Below, piece after piece: positions 37,555 through 50,155 of a stretch of 64,000 nt of DNA (positions are counted from its first letter, which is position 1; each line of letters opens with the position of its first letter). This DNA is from Elsinoe ampelina. Lineage: Eukaryota. The notes under the pieces are model-generated. The model was given only the letters and a program-made list of their open reading frames with translations. It ran no database searches and was not told the origin of the DNA. A program made the translations under genes and the position numbers. The DNA lies in contig ML992502.1 in assembly GCA_010093995.1 (NCBI GenBank), positions 1,109,001-1,173,000 of the forward strand. The letters run 5' to 3'.

Positions 37555-38043
37555 GGTTGTTGAAGAGTGAAGATTATCGTCAGCTAGTCTTTGGCAACAG
37601 GAGTCAACTCCACCACCCTTGTCGGCCAAACGCGGCAGTCGGCGGAGCTCAACGGTGACATCAATCCGCGGCGAGCGATCTGCGCATGATCGGCCCGATG
37701 TCCGGTCGATCACATTGAGCGAGGTTTTCAAGGACGGTCAAGGGGCTCTGTTCCCATTCGTAGATCAGTGCATATAGAGCCTTGCGTATGCATGTGTTTC
37801 GAGCATTATCAGCAGCCTAACCTGCTATACTGGTATGCCAGTGAACCAAATACGGCCACTGCCGCCGGGCTGAGCTTCAAGTGACGCCAGCACACGAGCC
37901 TTGCGTAAGGATTCCTCAGGCTTCTGCATCACTAAGGTATACTTAACAGGTCACTTCTGTGCCACAACTTCTCCGTGAAGACCCCGAAATTTTCACCAAG
38001 CTGTACAAGAGGATCATCTAACAGACTCACCTTGCTTGTCAGC

Positions 38044-39159
38044 ATGGCGACCACCTCTAGCAGTCCCGGGAAGAAGCGCTCACATAGCCAGAGCGAAGCT
38101 GCCGGCCCTAACAACGAGCATGAGCCAAGAAGACTAGAAGATCTCCCGCGTGAACTTCGCGATGAGATCTATCACAAGTCTCTGGTGTCTTCTACTGCAA
38201 TCGAAGTCGCGAAATTGAGGGCCCACCAGGAATACAAAGATGGTGTTATGCAAGTCTACTACAATCCGGATCCTCAAGCAAAATCTCAGAGCCTGCAAGG
38301 CTTGAACATGGATCTTCTCAAAGCGAGTCCCGATATAGCTCGTGAGGCGTCCCAGGTCTTCTACAGCAAGAACCAATTCGCCTTTCACGGTCATCGTGAC
38401 TGGAAAGTGGTGGTCGATTGGTTGCGATCTATCGGCGAGGAGAACCTCAAGCATCTGACCAACATCGAGATCGACGTCCGCCAGCTGAATCGAGTCTACC
38501 AATACGCAGACGGTTCTCGAGAAGACTACTCCGAAAAAGCTATCAACCCTCGTCATCCGCTCATCCAGAGCCCGAACGAGGACGGGACGTGGCCTGAGGG
38601 CGAAGTTGACGACATTGACCCCAAAATGGAGGACATCTTTTCTACATTGGCAAGTTGCGACCATGGATCCAAACTGCGTGTTGATATTCGCTACGTCGGC
38701 GGAGGTTATCCAGGATGCTTCAAAGATCCAGACGAAGATCCCGAACTCATCGAAGGCTACTACTTCAGCATGGACCTTCCTAATCTGATCGAAGCATGGC
38801 GAAGCAAGTACAGCGACCCCGAAAAACGAGAAATCGAAGTCGTCTGGCACACTTGGGGTCCAATCTACGACGACAAGACGATACTGGATATCATCGGTGA
38901 CAAGCTGAAGGACAATGGCTTTGACATCATCAAGTCCGAACGCTTCGAGGAGACTGTGGAGAGTCTGATCCAGCCAGGGACTACCAGGCTGCAGCGTACT
39001 CTCAAGGTGGACATGAAGAGGAGACCATTGATCGGACGCATCATTCATTCCGAGCCGAACATCTACAATACCAGCAGACCTCCCGCTGCCGAGCGCGAGG
39101 AGAGGGAGTGGAATGAGTACTTCGGCGATGGCAACTCCGATGAGGATGACGAGGAATGA
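38044..39159 (+). CDS. Hypothetical protein with F-box-like/2EXR-type N-terminal motif
   Basis: LEDLPRELRDEIY motif followed by LLKASPDIAREASQVFYSKNQFAF...WLRSIGEENLKHL, typical of expanded Pezizomycotina families. Confidence 0.75.
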   Translation: MATTSSSPGKKRSHSQSEAAGPNNEHEPRRLEDLPRELRDEIYHKSLVSSTAIEVAKLRAHQEYKDGVMQVYYNPDPQAKSQSLQGLNMDLLKASPDIAREASQVFYSKNQFAFHGHRDWKVVVDWLRSIGEENLKHLTNIEIDVRQLNRVYQYADGSREDYSEKAINPRHPLIQSPNEDGTWPEGEVDDIDPKMEDIFSTLASCDHGSKLRVDIRYVGGGYPGCFKDPDEDPELIEGYYFSMDLPNLIEAWRSKYSDPEKREIEVVWHTWGPIYDDKTILDIIGDKLKDNGFDIIKSERFEETVESLIQPGTTRLQRTLKVDMKRRPLIGRIIHSEPNIYNTSRPPAAEREEREWNEYFGDGNSDEDDEE

Positions 39160-39444
39160 ATGGTCTCCTACCGCACGACGACAGGACTTTCCTTGATGGG
39201 TCTCACGGTTCTCTGGACACCAGCTGGAACAGTAGTCAAGTAGAACAAAACGATTTCATACTCCAACAAAAGTGCATCTCAGAAGCTGACGCGGTCTATC
39301 ATCTATGAAACGCAACGATGTCCTGTGGTGTCTGTCCTTTACGCCAAACCTTCCTATATCCTGCCCACGCCGTCCGTCCCCCTCTTCTGCCTCTTCGTTC
39401 AACATCTCCTCCCTCCGCTTCCCCATTCTGATCACCACCTCTCC

Positions 39445-40494
39445 CTACGCTGCCCCAGTCCCATCATCCGCCGGCCTCTTCGTCCCCGCCTTGGCCGCAT
39501 CCTTCTCCGCCTTCTTATCATTAGCAATCTGCTTCCCCTCCTGGCCCGCCGCCGCCATATCAGCCCTCGCCTCAGCCGACATCTGATCCGGACTCAGATA
39601 ACTCACCGCGGGATCACCCGCCTCCTTCTTCTTGACCTCGACCTCGGCGCACCCAGGATCAACCCTGCCGCTGGTCTCGCACTGCGTCACGTAATCCGAA
39701 GGCACACCCTGGGTCGTGTCCTTCCAGTTCTTGTTGCCCTGCGCCGTGCCTATGGAGCCCTCCGGGATGGGCGCGCCACCCTGGGCTTTGCCCAGTGTCA
39801 GCTCCGCGGCTTGTTCGCCGTGGACCACTCCGCCGAGGTTGGCGTTCTGGGGTTTCTTGATACCTTCTGCGGCGGCAGGATTGGTCTGCGCGAGCTGCTG
39901 GTCGGCGGCGTAGGCGGCCTTTTTGTCGTTGATGTTGCCGGCACGCTCGTCGAAGACTGCGGCGTTCTCTGGCTGCCCGACTCCGATGGCCGTGTCTTTG
40001 GCCTTGTTGAGGAAGTTTTGTTGGGCTTTGTCGCTCTTGCCGGGTGGGTTGTTGGGTTTCTCGGCTGTCACGGCGGTGCCGTCGGGGGTGGTGATGGTGG
40101 CGTCGAGTACGGTCTTGCCTGGTGGGTTATTGGCGGTGATCAGTTTGTGGTGTTCCGCGGCGACATCTGCGTGCGATTGGTCGCCCGTGTCTTTTTCGAC
40201 GACCGCCTTGCCATTGAGTCCTTGAACGACCTGGGGCCCTGCGCCATCGGGAATATCCTCGACTGCTGGGACCTTGGGAAGTGGGTCCTTCTGATTTTTT
40301 GGGATCTGAGGTGCGGTCTGGCCTGGTTGTCCTGACGTGCCCTGCTGTATGGGGAGCGTGCTTGTGCCTTGTCCCGTGCTTGAGCTTTGTGTGTTTTGCG
40401 TACTTGCAGCAGCAGAGCCGTCGGCGGTCTTGACCTTCTTCGGCGCTGCTATGGCTGTACCCAACAGGGCAAGGACGATGAATGATACCTTCAT
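39445..40494 (-). CDS. Secreted low-complexity protein (349 aa), unknown function
   Basis: Signal peptide MKVSFIVLALLGTAIAAP; Ala/Gly/Lys/Gln/Asn-rich; repeated NNPPGK; single Cys pair. Confidence 0.8.
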   Translation of the reverse strand: MKVSFIVLALLGTAIAAPKKVKTADGSAAASTQNTQSSSTGQGTSTLPIQQGTSGQPGQTAPQIPKNQKDPLPKVPAVEDIPDGAGPQVVQGLNGKAVVEKDTGDQSHADVAAEHHKLITANNPPGKTVLDATITTPDGTAVTAEKPNNPPGKSDKAQQNFLNKAKDTAIGVGQPENAAVFDERAGNINDKKAAYAADQQLAQTNPAAAEGIKKPQNANLGGVVHGEQAAELTLGKAQGGAPIPEGSIGTAQGNKNWKDTTQGVPSDYVTQCETSGRVDPGCAEVEVKKKEAGDPAVSYLSPDQMSAEARADMAAAGQEGKQIANDKKAEKDAAKAGTKRPADDGTGAA

Positions 40495-41665
40495 GTTTAA
40501 GAGGGCGAGACGCTAGCAGAGTGTTTGAGATGGAAGGGCCGGTTTAGATGAATACGACAGTAATGATAGAGGGTAGACGAGAGCATCTTATAGTACCTAC
40601 TTCAAGCATGCGTGAAATATTGTCAAGACAGCTGGCTGAAGACCTTATGGCGACACCTCGCAATAGTAAGATGGAGATACTCGACGACACTTGGATGTAT
40701 AGTGAACATCCTGCGAGAAAACGACAAATGGTAGATGGCTCCTCGAGCTTCCTGAGCAATAGCTAAACAGCCAAACTTACTCAGCTGGGCCGCGGCTTAG
40801 GAACACCAGGATACGGTGCTGGACCGAAGGGAGCATGTGCATGAAGTCCTGAGCCAATCTTTGCATGACACGCTGTTCGGCCTTCCCGGGAATGTACACC
40901 CCTCGAGCGAGAAGGAAGTATGGAGTACCAGATTCTGGTGCCGCTGCCAACGATTGGCGGAATTGGTAGAAACTCGGAGTGATACATGGCTAGATCTTGC
41001 ATTGAAGGAGTACATGTCGACCTAATGTGGGTCTTACGGTACAAGACTAATGCAGGCACCAAGGCTGGGAATCGATCAGGGTTCCGCGGCAAAGACGGAA
41101 GAAGACGAAAGGGTACTGGGACTACAGTAAGGGGAAAGAAGCGAATTGCAAACTCAGCTCGGTCGACACGTCTACAGCTTGTCCTACAGACGCCAGTTCT
41201 CGACGAGGCCAGCGCTATCGAAGTGCTCTTGAGGGACGCTTCTCTCTCGTGTCAAGATGGACGACATGAAGTCTGCCATGGGACTCTCAAGCTTCTCTGC
41301 CGGCGCAGATCCCGTGGCGCCTGACCTCGTATAAAGCATCTAATCAAAGATCTTCCAAGGTAAAATTAGTTTCGAATCCTGCGGAAATAAATATGTAAGC
41401 GAATGCAGGTGCAATTATGTAGGTAAGGCTGGAGGCCACGGAATGGTAAGGATGAAAGGTCGTCAGGTACGGACCGTCTGCGGGATGCCGAGGCCATGAT
41501 TCAGGCTGCCAAGAGGTCCCCTGCAGCGTTTCTCCCTTCGGTTGCCGTTTGCAGCGGGGCAGACGATGGCAGCTTCGAGTGCCCGAAATGGCTCCTGGGT
41601 AGGTTCTGACTGAGCTGGCCTCGACTGCTTCCAAGGAACCTCAACGCTGGCATCACCCGCTCAAA

Positions 41666-42429
41666 ATGTTCACAGGAATAGTAGAGGCCATAGGCAGTAC
41701 GTATGCAAGGCTGAGAAAATCCATCGGTACTGACGAGCACAAGCGGTCTCGTCGCTGAACCCGCAAGACAGCACCACCGCCGGAGGAGGAGGCACGTCAT
41801 TGACCATCTCCGACTGTCCAGACATCCTTGTCGATGCGCATCTCGGAGACTCGATCTCGGTCAATGGAACTTGTCTCACGGTGACAGAGTTCAGCAAGAA
41901 TGAGTTCAAAGTCGGTGTAGCGCCCGAGACGCTCAGTCGAACGAATCTAGGATCTCTGCAGCGACTTGGTAAAGTCAACTTGGAAAGAGCAGTCAGCGCA
42001 GAGACACGGATGGGTGGCCATTTCGTTCAAGGACACGTCGACACGATAGCAAAGATCGTCTCTGTCACCGAGGACGGAAACTCTTTGCGATTGAGATTCA
42101 AGCCCAGAGAGAAAAACGTCCTGAGGTACATCATTGAAAAGGGCTACGTGACACTAGACGGTGCCAGCTTGACCATCACCGGTGTCGATGACGGAGAGGA
42201 CGGATGGTTCGAGGTCATGCTCGTCGCCTACACGCAGTCCAAGATTGTCTTGTCGACCAAGAAGGAGGGCGAGGATGTCAACGTCGAGGTTGACATGGTC
42301 GGCAAGTACGTGGAGAAGGCAGTGTCCAGCTACTTCGAGTCAAAGTCTGGCGAGGATCCGGCGATATTGGAGCATGTCGTGAGGAGACTTGTTGATGAAC
42401 GTCTGAATAGCACTTTGCGTAGATTCTAG
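41666..42429 (+). CDS. RIB5: Riboflavin synthase
   Basis: N-terminal MFTGIVEAIG signature, intron approx. 41697-41743, GDSISVNGTCLTV, VNLERA, GGHFVQGHVD, KGYVTLDGASLT, VNVEVDMVGKY. Confidence 0.96.
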
Positions 42430-43007
42430 AGCAAACACGATAAAACAACGAATTGACCAAGAGACCGACCATGTTTGCTGACAGCTCTCTCATGTATTTG
42501 AAAGAGTGATGATCATGTCTATTAAATTGCAGTGGTCACGTCCCTCGGTTCCAAGTTGGCGCTGACTCTCGTGCCTGCCATTGTGAAGATCGCTGTGGCC
42601 CAAGCTCTCTCTTCACGGCTTCGCGTGCCTGAGCCCTGAGGTGGAACAGTACCTCCCTCCCTATCCCAACTCCGCCTTCATCTCCTCAGTCATGAGCATT
42701 TCATGATCCGCCCTGTTCGCTCGTTGCCAATGTTCGTATACACTTCCTCTCAGCACGTTCGTTTTGTGTCATATTCCACTTGCTTGCAACTCATCTGCGC
42801 GGGCTTGAATTCAGCCGCCTCTGATTGCTCAATCACCTCTACCACACGAAATACCTCCATCGACTTGCCTTTCTCATTTGAGGCTTCTGTCATTCTTCTT
42901 CACTTTCGTCTCTCCATATTCTGACTCAATGTCTTTCTACAGTCTTCTTCGACCGAGGCGTCGCCGACGCGCTCCCTCAACTCGTCGAGTCCGCGGACAA
43001 ATGAAAC

Positions 43008-45734
43008 ATGGACACATCATTTGACGCATACACTCGGTCACCTCCACCGCGGACAGAAGGTTTTGATCGCAGAGCCAATTCGCGCGAAAGAGAAAGGGAC
43101 CCTTACAGAGACAACAGAAGAGGTCAAGGTATGGACTACACACATTCTGGGAGCCAGCGTCGTGCATACAAAGCTGTGCCCCTCCCCCAACCTGGACTGA
43201 CCTTTACACTACCAGACCGCCGACGTGGTGGTACTCGTAACAGATCCCGTTCGCCGACGCAAATCGATCGTTATCAGCCAGATCGCCAACGCGATGACTA
43301 CTATGCTGGAGGAAGGGACAGGGACGGTGGACGTCGTCGCCGCTCCTCACCCCCACCGCCCAGTAACATCGATCGATACATTCCTGGCGACGAATCTGGC
43401 ATGATGCGTGCCATCCCCCTCAATCGAATACGCGATCCGCTGGTCGAGGCTTCACAGGTTGGGTTCAGCTACTTCTCAGAATGGTGGAGAGCGGAGCAAG
43501 ACATCAAGGCAGCAAAGGAAAGACAGAAGACAGGGCGTAGGCCGGAAGTGCCAAAGGACACACCGGAAGAACAGCGAGCAAAAATCCAGGCTGCATATGA
43601 CGACTACAAATTAGCTTGGAATGCGAAAATGGCAAAGCTGTTCGTGTACGCCCACAAGAACGACAATTGGTTCAGGGAGAGATACGACCCTGAGATCAAA
43701 GATCCTCTCAGAGCTCGGATTGCCGAGTTTCGCAAAGGTCTATACGAGTTCTGGGAGCGCGATATCGACGCTGGAGTGTTTGATGAATTCACCATGGAAG
43801 GCATCTACAAGAGCGAGAGCAATGGTGCTGGCGGCGTAGTTGAGAGGGAAGAAGGTGAAGCCAGTGCTGCAGCCGAAGTTCTCAATGTTTCAGACTTGCT
43901 TCCAGCCAAAGGAGCCGACCTTCGCGACCCTGTAGCGTCTCTACCGACCCTGTTGATCAAGACCATCACTCCTGCGGTGTCTCGAGCCAAGATTGAGGAA
44001 TTCTGCAAAGAACATCTCGGAGAAGGAGAGGGAGGGTTCAAGTGGTTGAGTCTGAGTGATCCGAACCCGGGCAAAAAGTTTCACCGACTGGGATGGGTCA
44101 TGCTAAATCCGCCAGCAGACGGAGACAACAACGACGCTCCTGTCAAACGCAATAGCGATGCTAACGGTGAAATCAAAGAGGAAGGTGCTATGGAAGAAGA
44201 CACACCTAGACCACAAACCACACAGGAGAAAGCCCTTGGCCTCATCAACGACAAGACAATTCACGACTCCGAGAAAGGTGACTTCACCGTCCATGTCGGT
44301 ATCCATCGACCATCAGAGACCAATCGTAAAAAGGCGCTGTGGGATTTGTTCTCTGCTCCAGAAAGGATCGAGAAGGACCTTGGACTTGCTATCCGTCTTG
44401 TGAACAAATTGGATGAGGACGTTGGTCTCCCTGGTGCGCTTTTGAAGGTGGAGCAGCGCGTAGATGACCTTGCGGGGAAAGGCTACCTTCAGCCACCAAT
44501 CGTCCCGACAAAGTCAGCCAAGACAGAGCAGGACGACGGTGATGCAGAGATGGAGGAGGGCGAGGAAGGGGAAGAAGTTGAGGACGACGTGGACGACGAG
44601 GACATGCTGATCAAGAAAAAGAAGCTGGATCTCCTTGTCGAATACCTCCGCCGCGTTCACAATTTCTGCTTCTTTTGTGTTTTCGAAACCGACTCGGTAC
44701 ATGAACTTTCCCGCAAATGTATGGGAGGACATCTGAGGAGGCCGAGGGCCAGCCTCACCACCACGGCAAAGGAAGTCGCCAAAGCTAGTGCGGCTGGAGA
44801 CGAGTTCCCGAATGAGAAGAACGAGTCCACTGAGAACGGCGATGGATCGGCTTCTCCGAACGCTGGACGGAAACCGCAGCGCATGTTCGGTGGCAAGAAT
44901 CAGCTCCAAAAGGCGTTCAACTGGGTCAAGACATTTGAGGAGAAAATCAACCAGGTCCTCGAGCCGGAGAATGCAGATTTGCGCAAGATGGGTGGTGCAC
45001 CGATCGAAGAAGCCCTCGAGCAGGAGCTCAACAAGTTTGTCAAGCAAGAGGACGCTGCCAAGTATCGTTGCAAGGTGCCGGAATGTACCAAGCTCTTCAA
45101 AGGCGTTGACTTTTGGCGCAAGCATGTGGAGAAGAGGCACCCAGAGTGGTATGCGAAGACAAAGGAAGATGTGAGTTTGATATTCCTGCATAGTATGACA
45201 TTGCTAATTCTCCTGCAGCTGGAAACGATCAATCGCTATGTGCTGGATCCGTCACGACTTGCACAAGGACGTAACGATGCTGCAAGCAATGGACACTTCC
45301 CCATCCAGAACGCCCAAATCATGGGCACTCCTCGAAACTTCAGCTTGAACAGCGGAGCCCAGATGGGGAATGGTTTCTTGCCTCAAGCACCTCCTGGCGT
45401 GTTCAACCCGATGATGGGACAGTATCCCATGACGGTAGCAAACACTTGGTCAATGCAGGGACCGGACGGTGGTATTGGCCCGATGCGCAACGGCATGAGG
45501 ATGAACGCTCGAGGACCTGCGCCGTACGATAGAGGCGGTCCTAGACGTAACAACGGGAGGCTTTCGCCGCCAGGACGTGGTGGAATGCCTGGAAGGGGAC
45601 GACCTAACTTCACCGAAGGAGGTATAGGGACATTCGGTGGTGCCCAAGCCGTCGAAGGGCGAACGATGAAGAGCTACAACGATCTAGATGCTGCCAACAC
45701 GGGCCAGCAAGGCGGTGGAGAACTGGATTACTGA
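43008..45734 (+). CDS. ARS2: Ars2/SERRATE (Pir2-like) RNA effector protein
   Basis: Arg/Asp-rich N-terminus, HKNDNWFRERYDPE, LDLLVEYLRRVHNFCFFC, zinc finger YRCKVPECTKLFKGVDFWRKHVEKRH, C-terminal SYNDLDA...ELDY; introns 43129-43215 and 45171-45218. Confidence 0.88.
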   Translation: MDTSFDAYTRSPPPRTEGFDRRANSRERERDPYRDNRRGQGMDYTHSGSQRRAYKAVPLPQPGLTFTLPDRRRGGTRNRSRSPTQIDRYQPDRQRDDYYAGGRDRDGGRRRRSSPPPPSNIDRYIPGDESGMMRAIPLNRIRDPLVEASQVGFSYFSEWWRAEQDIKAAKERQKTGRRPEVPKDTPEEQRAKIQAAYDDYKLAWNAKMAKLFVYAHKNDNWFRERYDPEIKDPLRARIAEFRKGLYEFWERDIDAGVFDEFTMEGIYKSESNGAGGVVEREEGEASAAAEVLNVSDLLPAKGADLRDPVASLPTLLIKTITPAVSRAKIEEFCKEHLGEGEGGFKWLSLSDPNPGKKFHRLGWVMLNPPADGDNNDAPVKRNSDANGEIKEEGAMEEDTPRPQTTQEKALGLINDKTIHDSEKGDFTVHVGIHRPSETNRKKALWDLFSAPERIEKDLGLAIRLVNKLDEDVGLPGALLKVEQRVDDLAGKGYLQPPIVPTKSAKTEQDDGDAEMEEGEEGEEVEDDVDDEDMLIKKKKLDLLVEYLRRVHNFCFFCVFETDSVHELSRKCMGGHLRRPRASLTTTAKEVAKASAAGDEFPNEKNESTENGDGSASPNAGRKPQRMFGGKNQLQKAFNWVKTFEEKINQVLEPENADLRKMGGAPIEEALEQELNKFVKQEDAAKYRCKVPECTKLFKGVDFWRKHVEKRHPEWYAKTKEDVSLIFLHSMTLLILLQLETINRYVLDPSRLAQGRNDAASNGHFPIQNAQIMGTPRNFSLNSGAQMGNGFLPQAPPGVFNPMMGQYPMTVANTWSMQGPDGGIGPMRNGMRMNARGPAPYDRGGPRRNNGRLSPPGRGGMPGRGRPNFTEGGIGTFGGAQAVEGRTMKSYNDLDAANTGQQGGGELDY

Positions 45735-45976
45735 GAGACTGACTTGGTCTAAATGCGCATGGTTCACAAAGATGTTATGCAGCATCGTGGGTTTGTATAG
45801 TACTAGCATCACATGTTCATTGTGACCTGAGAAGATAGCCAGCAGCAAATATATGGCGTTTAGCAACCTTGGAAGTGACTTGGTCCCAAAAAAAGCTAGC
45901 GATGTCTCCGCAAAGCTTGTCCGAAGATCAGCACATGTTCCCGTCAAGGAGAAACAGCCGAATGACGATGACGAAC

Positions 45977-46004
45977 TGGTTCGTGGTTCGTGGTTCGTGG
46001 TTCG
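45977..46004. repeat. 7-bp tandem repeat (TGGTTCG)x4
   Basis: Four exact copies read directly. Confidence 0.9.
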
Positions 46005-46585
46005 TATAAACATGATTGACCAAAATCTGATCCTGGAAACAAGATCCAAGCAGGGCAGTTTCTCAACATGTCCTCAACGCTTCAAGCATCCATTGCAGGC
46101 AATCAGTATTTGCTTGGAATATTGTGAGCCGTGTTTCCCTCGCTTGGTCGGCAGTAGCACACGTCATGAGCTTGGCCGCGAGCCGTCTTTCACTCACAGA
46201 AAAGTGATGCTCATGATGGTTCCGCCTGCAGCACCGGCCGTGACCACGCAACACCACCACCACCGCCAATTCTTATTTGCAGAAATCGTCGCGTGATATA
46301 ATCCCTGTGCTCAAAGTCTGATCGCGCATTCGCACACTCGCACGGATATAGGATCCGACTGATTTGCCTTCTTTCGTTCCCCGTCCTTGAATTCGCTCAC
46401 TGTCTTCTCTGTCCCGCCATTTGCTTGGGGCCTATTTCATCCACTCCGCCCCGCAAGCCGCGTACACTACATGCACCAGCCCGCCCGCCAACAAGCCACC
46501 TTTAACGTTCTCACCTCGGCGTACATATTACTTCAGCCTCCCAGAGACAGGTCGAGCCCTTCCTGAGGCTTTTCCCACCACTAGA

Positions 46586-49500
46586 ATGAACGGCAATACA
46601 GTCAAGCCAGCGACAAATCTCCCCAATGACCGCGAAGAAGATGCACCGAAGCCAGGCATTCAAAGATTCGATACAGCACCCGAATGGCTAGACCCAGAGA
46701 ACCCTACACCGGCGTCGAACCCAGGTGGAAAGTCACAGCGGTTACCGCTCCCTCGGCAAGAGACTCAATTCTCGATTCGGTCAAAGGACTCAATACCCCC
46801 ACCAGGATCACTCCTCACGGGAAAGCAAGAGCACTGTAAGCGGTCATAACAAGATCCTCGCCGAGACACGTTGACTGACGAAGCCAGACTTGAAGCGCGA
46901 GCTCATAGCTCAGCAAACAGAATGGGAGGTCTCTGAGCTCTCTCACCCCACGGCACTCCAGAGGTTCGGAGCACCCTTTAGATCCGATGCAGGAGAAGTC
47001 GCGCCAGAAGACTCGGAGCTCCCCCTCCTCCGTTTCATCTTCGTCAACAATGTCCGCAATTTCCCCTTCCTCGACAAGGCGCGGGAGAAGGAGTTTTGGC
47101 AAGACAAGTTGCAAGTGGTGAGTCTAGCAGAACAGACCGAGCACACAGAGATCGGACGACTGACGATGGAGCAGTTCCTGGAATCGTTCGCCAACAAGCA
47201 CATTTCTACATCCGATGACCGTCTCGAAGACACGAAGCGTCGCAAGCTGGCGACCAAGGCGAAGAAGCTGGTCGAGCTCATGATGGTCTCGGGAATACCT
47301 ACAGCTTCGGGGTATGAAGAACGCATACGCTTCTCCGAGATGGAAGTGGTTGACAGAGGCGCGCAAGAGCAAGGTCTGGTAGCAAATATACCCCGCGGAC
47401 ATGAGATTAATGGCTGGGACGTGAATGTGGCAGCTGTCCGTACGACGACGACCAAGAGACACGTCAGGCATCATCAACACGCGGTAAGCGTACCAATGAA
47501 TTCGAGGGTTTGAGGCCTAACTAGGTGCAGCAATTCCTTCTGCGAGTCCAGGAGACTGGCAAACCTGCTCATTATGTGGGACGGCGGTACGGCGAGTTTG
47601 CTCGTATGCACAAGCGGTTGCGGATAGAGCTACCGGGCAAGGTTCTTCCTCCACTACCGCGCAAGAACAAATCATCCTCTCTTTACAACAGCATGAAGGG
47701 CGACGATGATGACGCGGACTCAATTTCTTCGCAAGACACCCAGAACAGTGCCATGACTGGCACGAGCGGGCTCAGAGGCTACCTTCCATTCGGTGGCAGT
47801 CACAAGCGGTCTAGTTCGCGAGCTTCCAACAATGCGCCATCACCCAGAGGCTCCATAGATGCATCGCGGTCGCCATATCTTCGACCAAAGTCACAAGATC
47901 TTTCAAGCCCAAACCTGACAGTACCGGGCACTCCACCAATGAGTACAGGCGGCGGTGAACATCACATGCTTTACAGGGAAGAGCAGCGCGTATCTCTCCG
48001 AGCATTCCTGCGTGGCTACCTGTCCAATCCCATGATCGCACAAACAAAAGCAATGAGGGAGTTTCTCACGGCTGATCCAATTGAGCTGAACGAGGAAGAG
48101 ATGGATGACGTGGCGAGAAGAGAGGAAATGGACCACAAGCGAGTCGAAGAGCAAAGACAATTCTACGAGATTGCGCAACAACGCGCAAGAGAGCTTGATG
48201 TGCACATGGAGAAATTCAGGAGAGACATTGTCGAAAGAAGTAAGCATGATGTAGTTGGATCCAGGGTTGTCAACGTGCTAACACCAATCAGACGGTCTCA
48301 CAAACCTGTTTGCGGAGATTAAGCAGAAGAAGACGATAGCGGAATTATCACCAGAGTATCAGAAGTTTGCCGAGTGGCTCAGGATAGAGTGAGTAGTCTC
48401 GTCAGGCATAATGAGGAACGCTAACAGTGGTCGCAGAGTGGCAGCTACCCTCTATCACCTCTTCCTTGCAGAGGACAACAGTCCGGAGCTTTTCGCACAA
48501 GCCAAGCGGATCCACTCCCTTGTCCCATATGCAGCACTCAAGCAGGTCATCCGATTCGCCAATCCAGCAGCTGTCATGTCTGGTGTTCTTGATCTTTTCC
48601 TCGCTCAACCATTTGGAGCCAAGTCGCTATTGCAGCGCATCTTTGGCATGGCTTTGGGCGATGGTATTCGCTCCGTCCAGCGCAGCGTGGACGCTTTGCA
48701 AGCTAAGATTGACGAGCCAGTATTCGCTCAGAAGATCAAGAACTTTGTGGAAGCAGAACCTGAAGTCAAAGAGGCTATCCGTCTGGAGGCTCAAGACGAG
48801 CAGATCGACCTGGTAGTGGCACTCCTCAAATCCGAGAATCTCGAACCCGAGCTCGAATCGGAAGATGTGGGCCGTGTGTTTAACGCCTACGTAGCCTGGA
48901 ACAATGCTGTGGAGAACGTCGACGACCAGATGCGATCACTCGCTGAGCTATACGCCCGACTCAAACAGCTCCTCAAGCTCCAAACTCGCGCCCGCGACAA
49001 GGTACAAATGCTTCACATGATCGAGGAGCCCACGACACTCCACCTCTTCCGCGACCTGTTCACCATCTTCTACGAACCTCTCGTCCGGGTCTACAAATCC
49101 GCCAACGTCTACTCCTCCGTGACCGATTTTGCCCGCTTCGCCGACGACGCCGTGGCGGTCATCGAAACCTGCCAACGACAAGACGTCTCGGCCGACCCCA
49201 ACCAGACCGTGCAAGCCTTCATCGACCTCTGCGCGCGCCACGAAGAAGACTTTTACAAATTCGTCCACGAAGTACACGTGCACGACAACGGCCTCTTCGA
49301 CAAGCTCATGCAATGGATCGAGGGCATTCTGACCTTCCTCCGCCACGGGCCCCGAGGCGGCGGCAAACTCGACATGAACGCCCTCTTCGCCGGGGCTATC
49401 GAGATGAAGCAAATCGACAGAGATCGCGCAGTCAAGGAGATCAACGCCTTGATCCGCTGGCAGGAAAAGCGCAAGAAGTGGCACCAGGACAAGACTCGCC

Positions 49501-49883
49501 AGAAAATGGCCAGCGCGGACGCCGGCGGTGGCGGAAACCACTCCCCGCCCGGCGAGGATGGACTGGGTCTCACGGGCGCAGGGATAGGGAGTAACTTCAA
49601 AGCGAGCGACTTTGGACTCAACGCGCTGGATCTTCAGGAGTTTGACGAGGATGATGACGATGACTGGGGTTCGAGCGAGGATGAGGACGAGGATGTGGAT
49701 CCGATTGTTTCGGAGCAGAAGAGGAGGGCGAAGAAGGCGGAGGTGTTGAGGCGGAGCGCGGGGGAGCCGAAGAAGCCGGTCGTCAAGGAGGTGGGGAAGA
49801 TGAGGGAGGGGTTTTTGGTGATGTTGAGGCAGGTTTTGGCCGAGCGAGGGGGTGGAGGACGTTGGGGAGGGCGGAGAGGGTAA
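46586..49883 (+). CDS. PX-domain protein of the Lec1/Ypr097w family
   Basis: LTGKQEH.LKREL, LRFIFVNNVRNFPFL, PX core VGRRYGEFARMHKRLRIELPGKVLPPLP, REEQRVSLRAFLR, DLFLAQPFGAKSLLQR, FRDLFTIFYEPL; several introns. Confidence 0.85.
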
Positions 49884-50155
49884 GAGGGAGGAGGAATGTT
49901 GATACACGACGCGGGAAGAACAGGGAGGCGCTAGATACCATATCCTCGGAGGGGGAAAAGTACATTGCATTCATTGCCAGGCATGCTAGAAGTGCACGAG
50001 GTGATGTGAGTTTCGAGGTTGAAACTTATCGGATCTCAACCATGTACATGGTGGAGATGCTAGTAATGAAAGGTATACTATCCCAGGCAGGCGGGCGCAG
50101 CATCTGCAGGACTCGTGGCCTGGAACCATAGATGAATTAGCAGGAGAGATCAACG

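Noticed and set aside
38134..39048. 304-aa minus-strand ORF
   Set aside because: Antisense shadow of the 38044-39159 gene.
39325..40335. 336-aa plus-strand ORF
   Set aside because: Antisense shadow of the secreted protein gene.
40500..41665. Riboswitch upstream of riboflavin synthase
   Set aside because: No FMN or TPP aptamer consensus visible; only TPP riboswitches are established in fungi.
48948..49970. 340-aa minus-strand ORF
   Set aside because: Antisense shadow of the PX-domain gene in a GC-rich zone.
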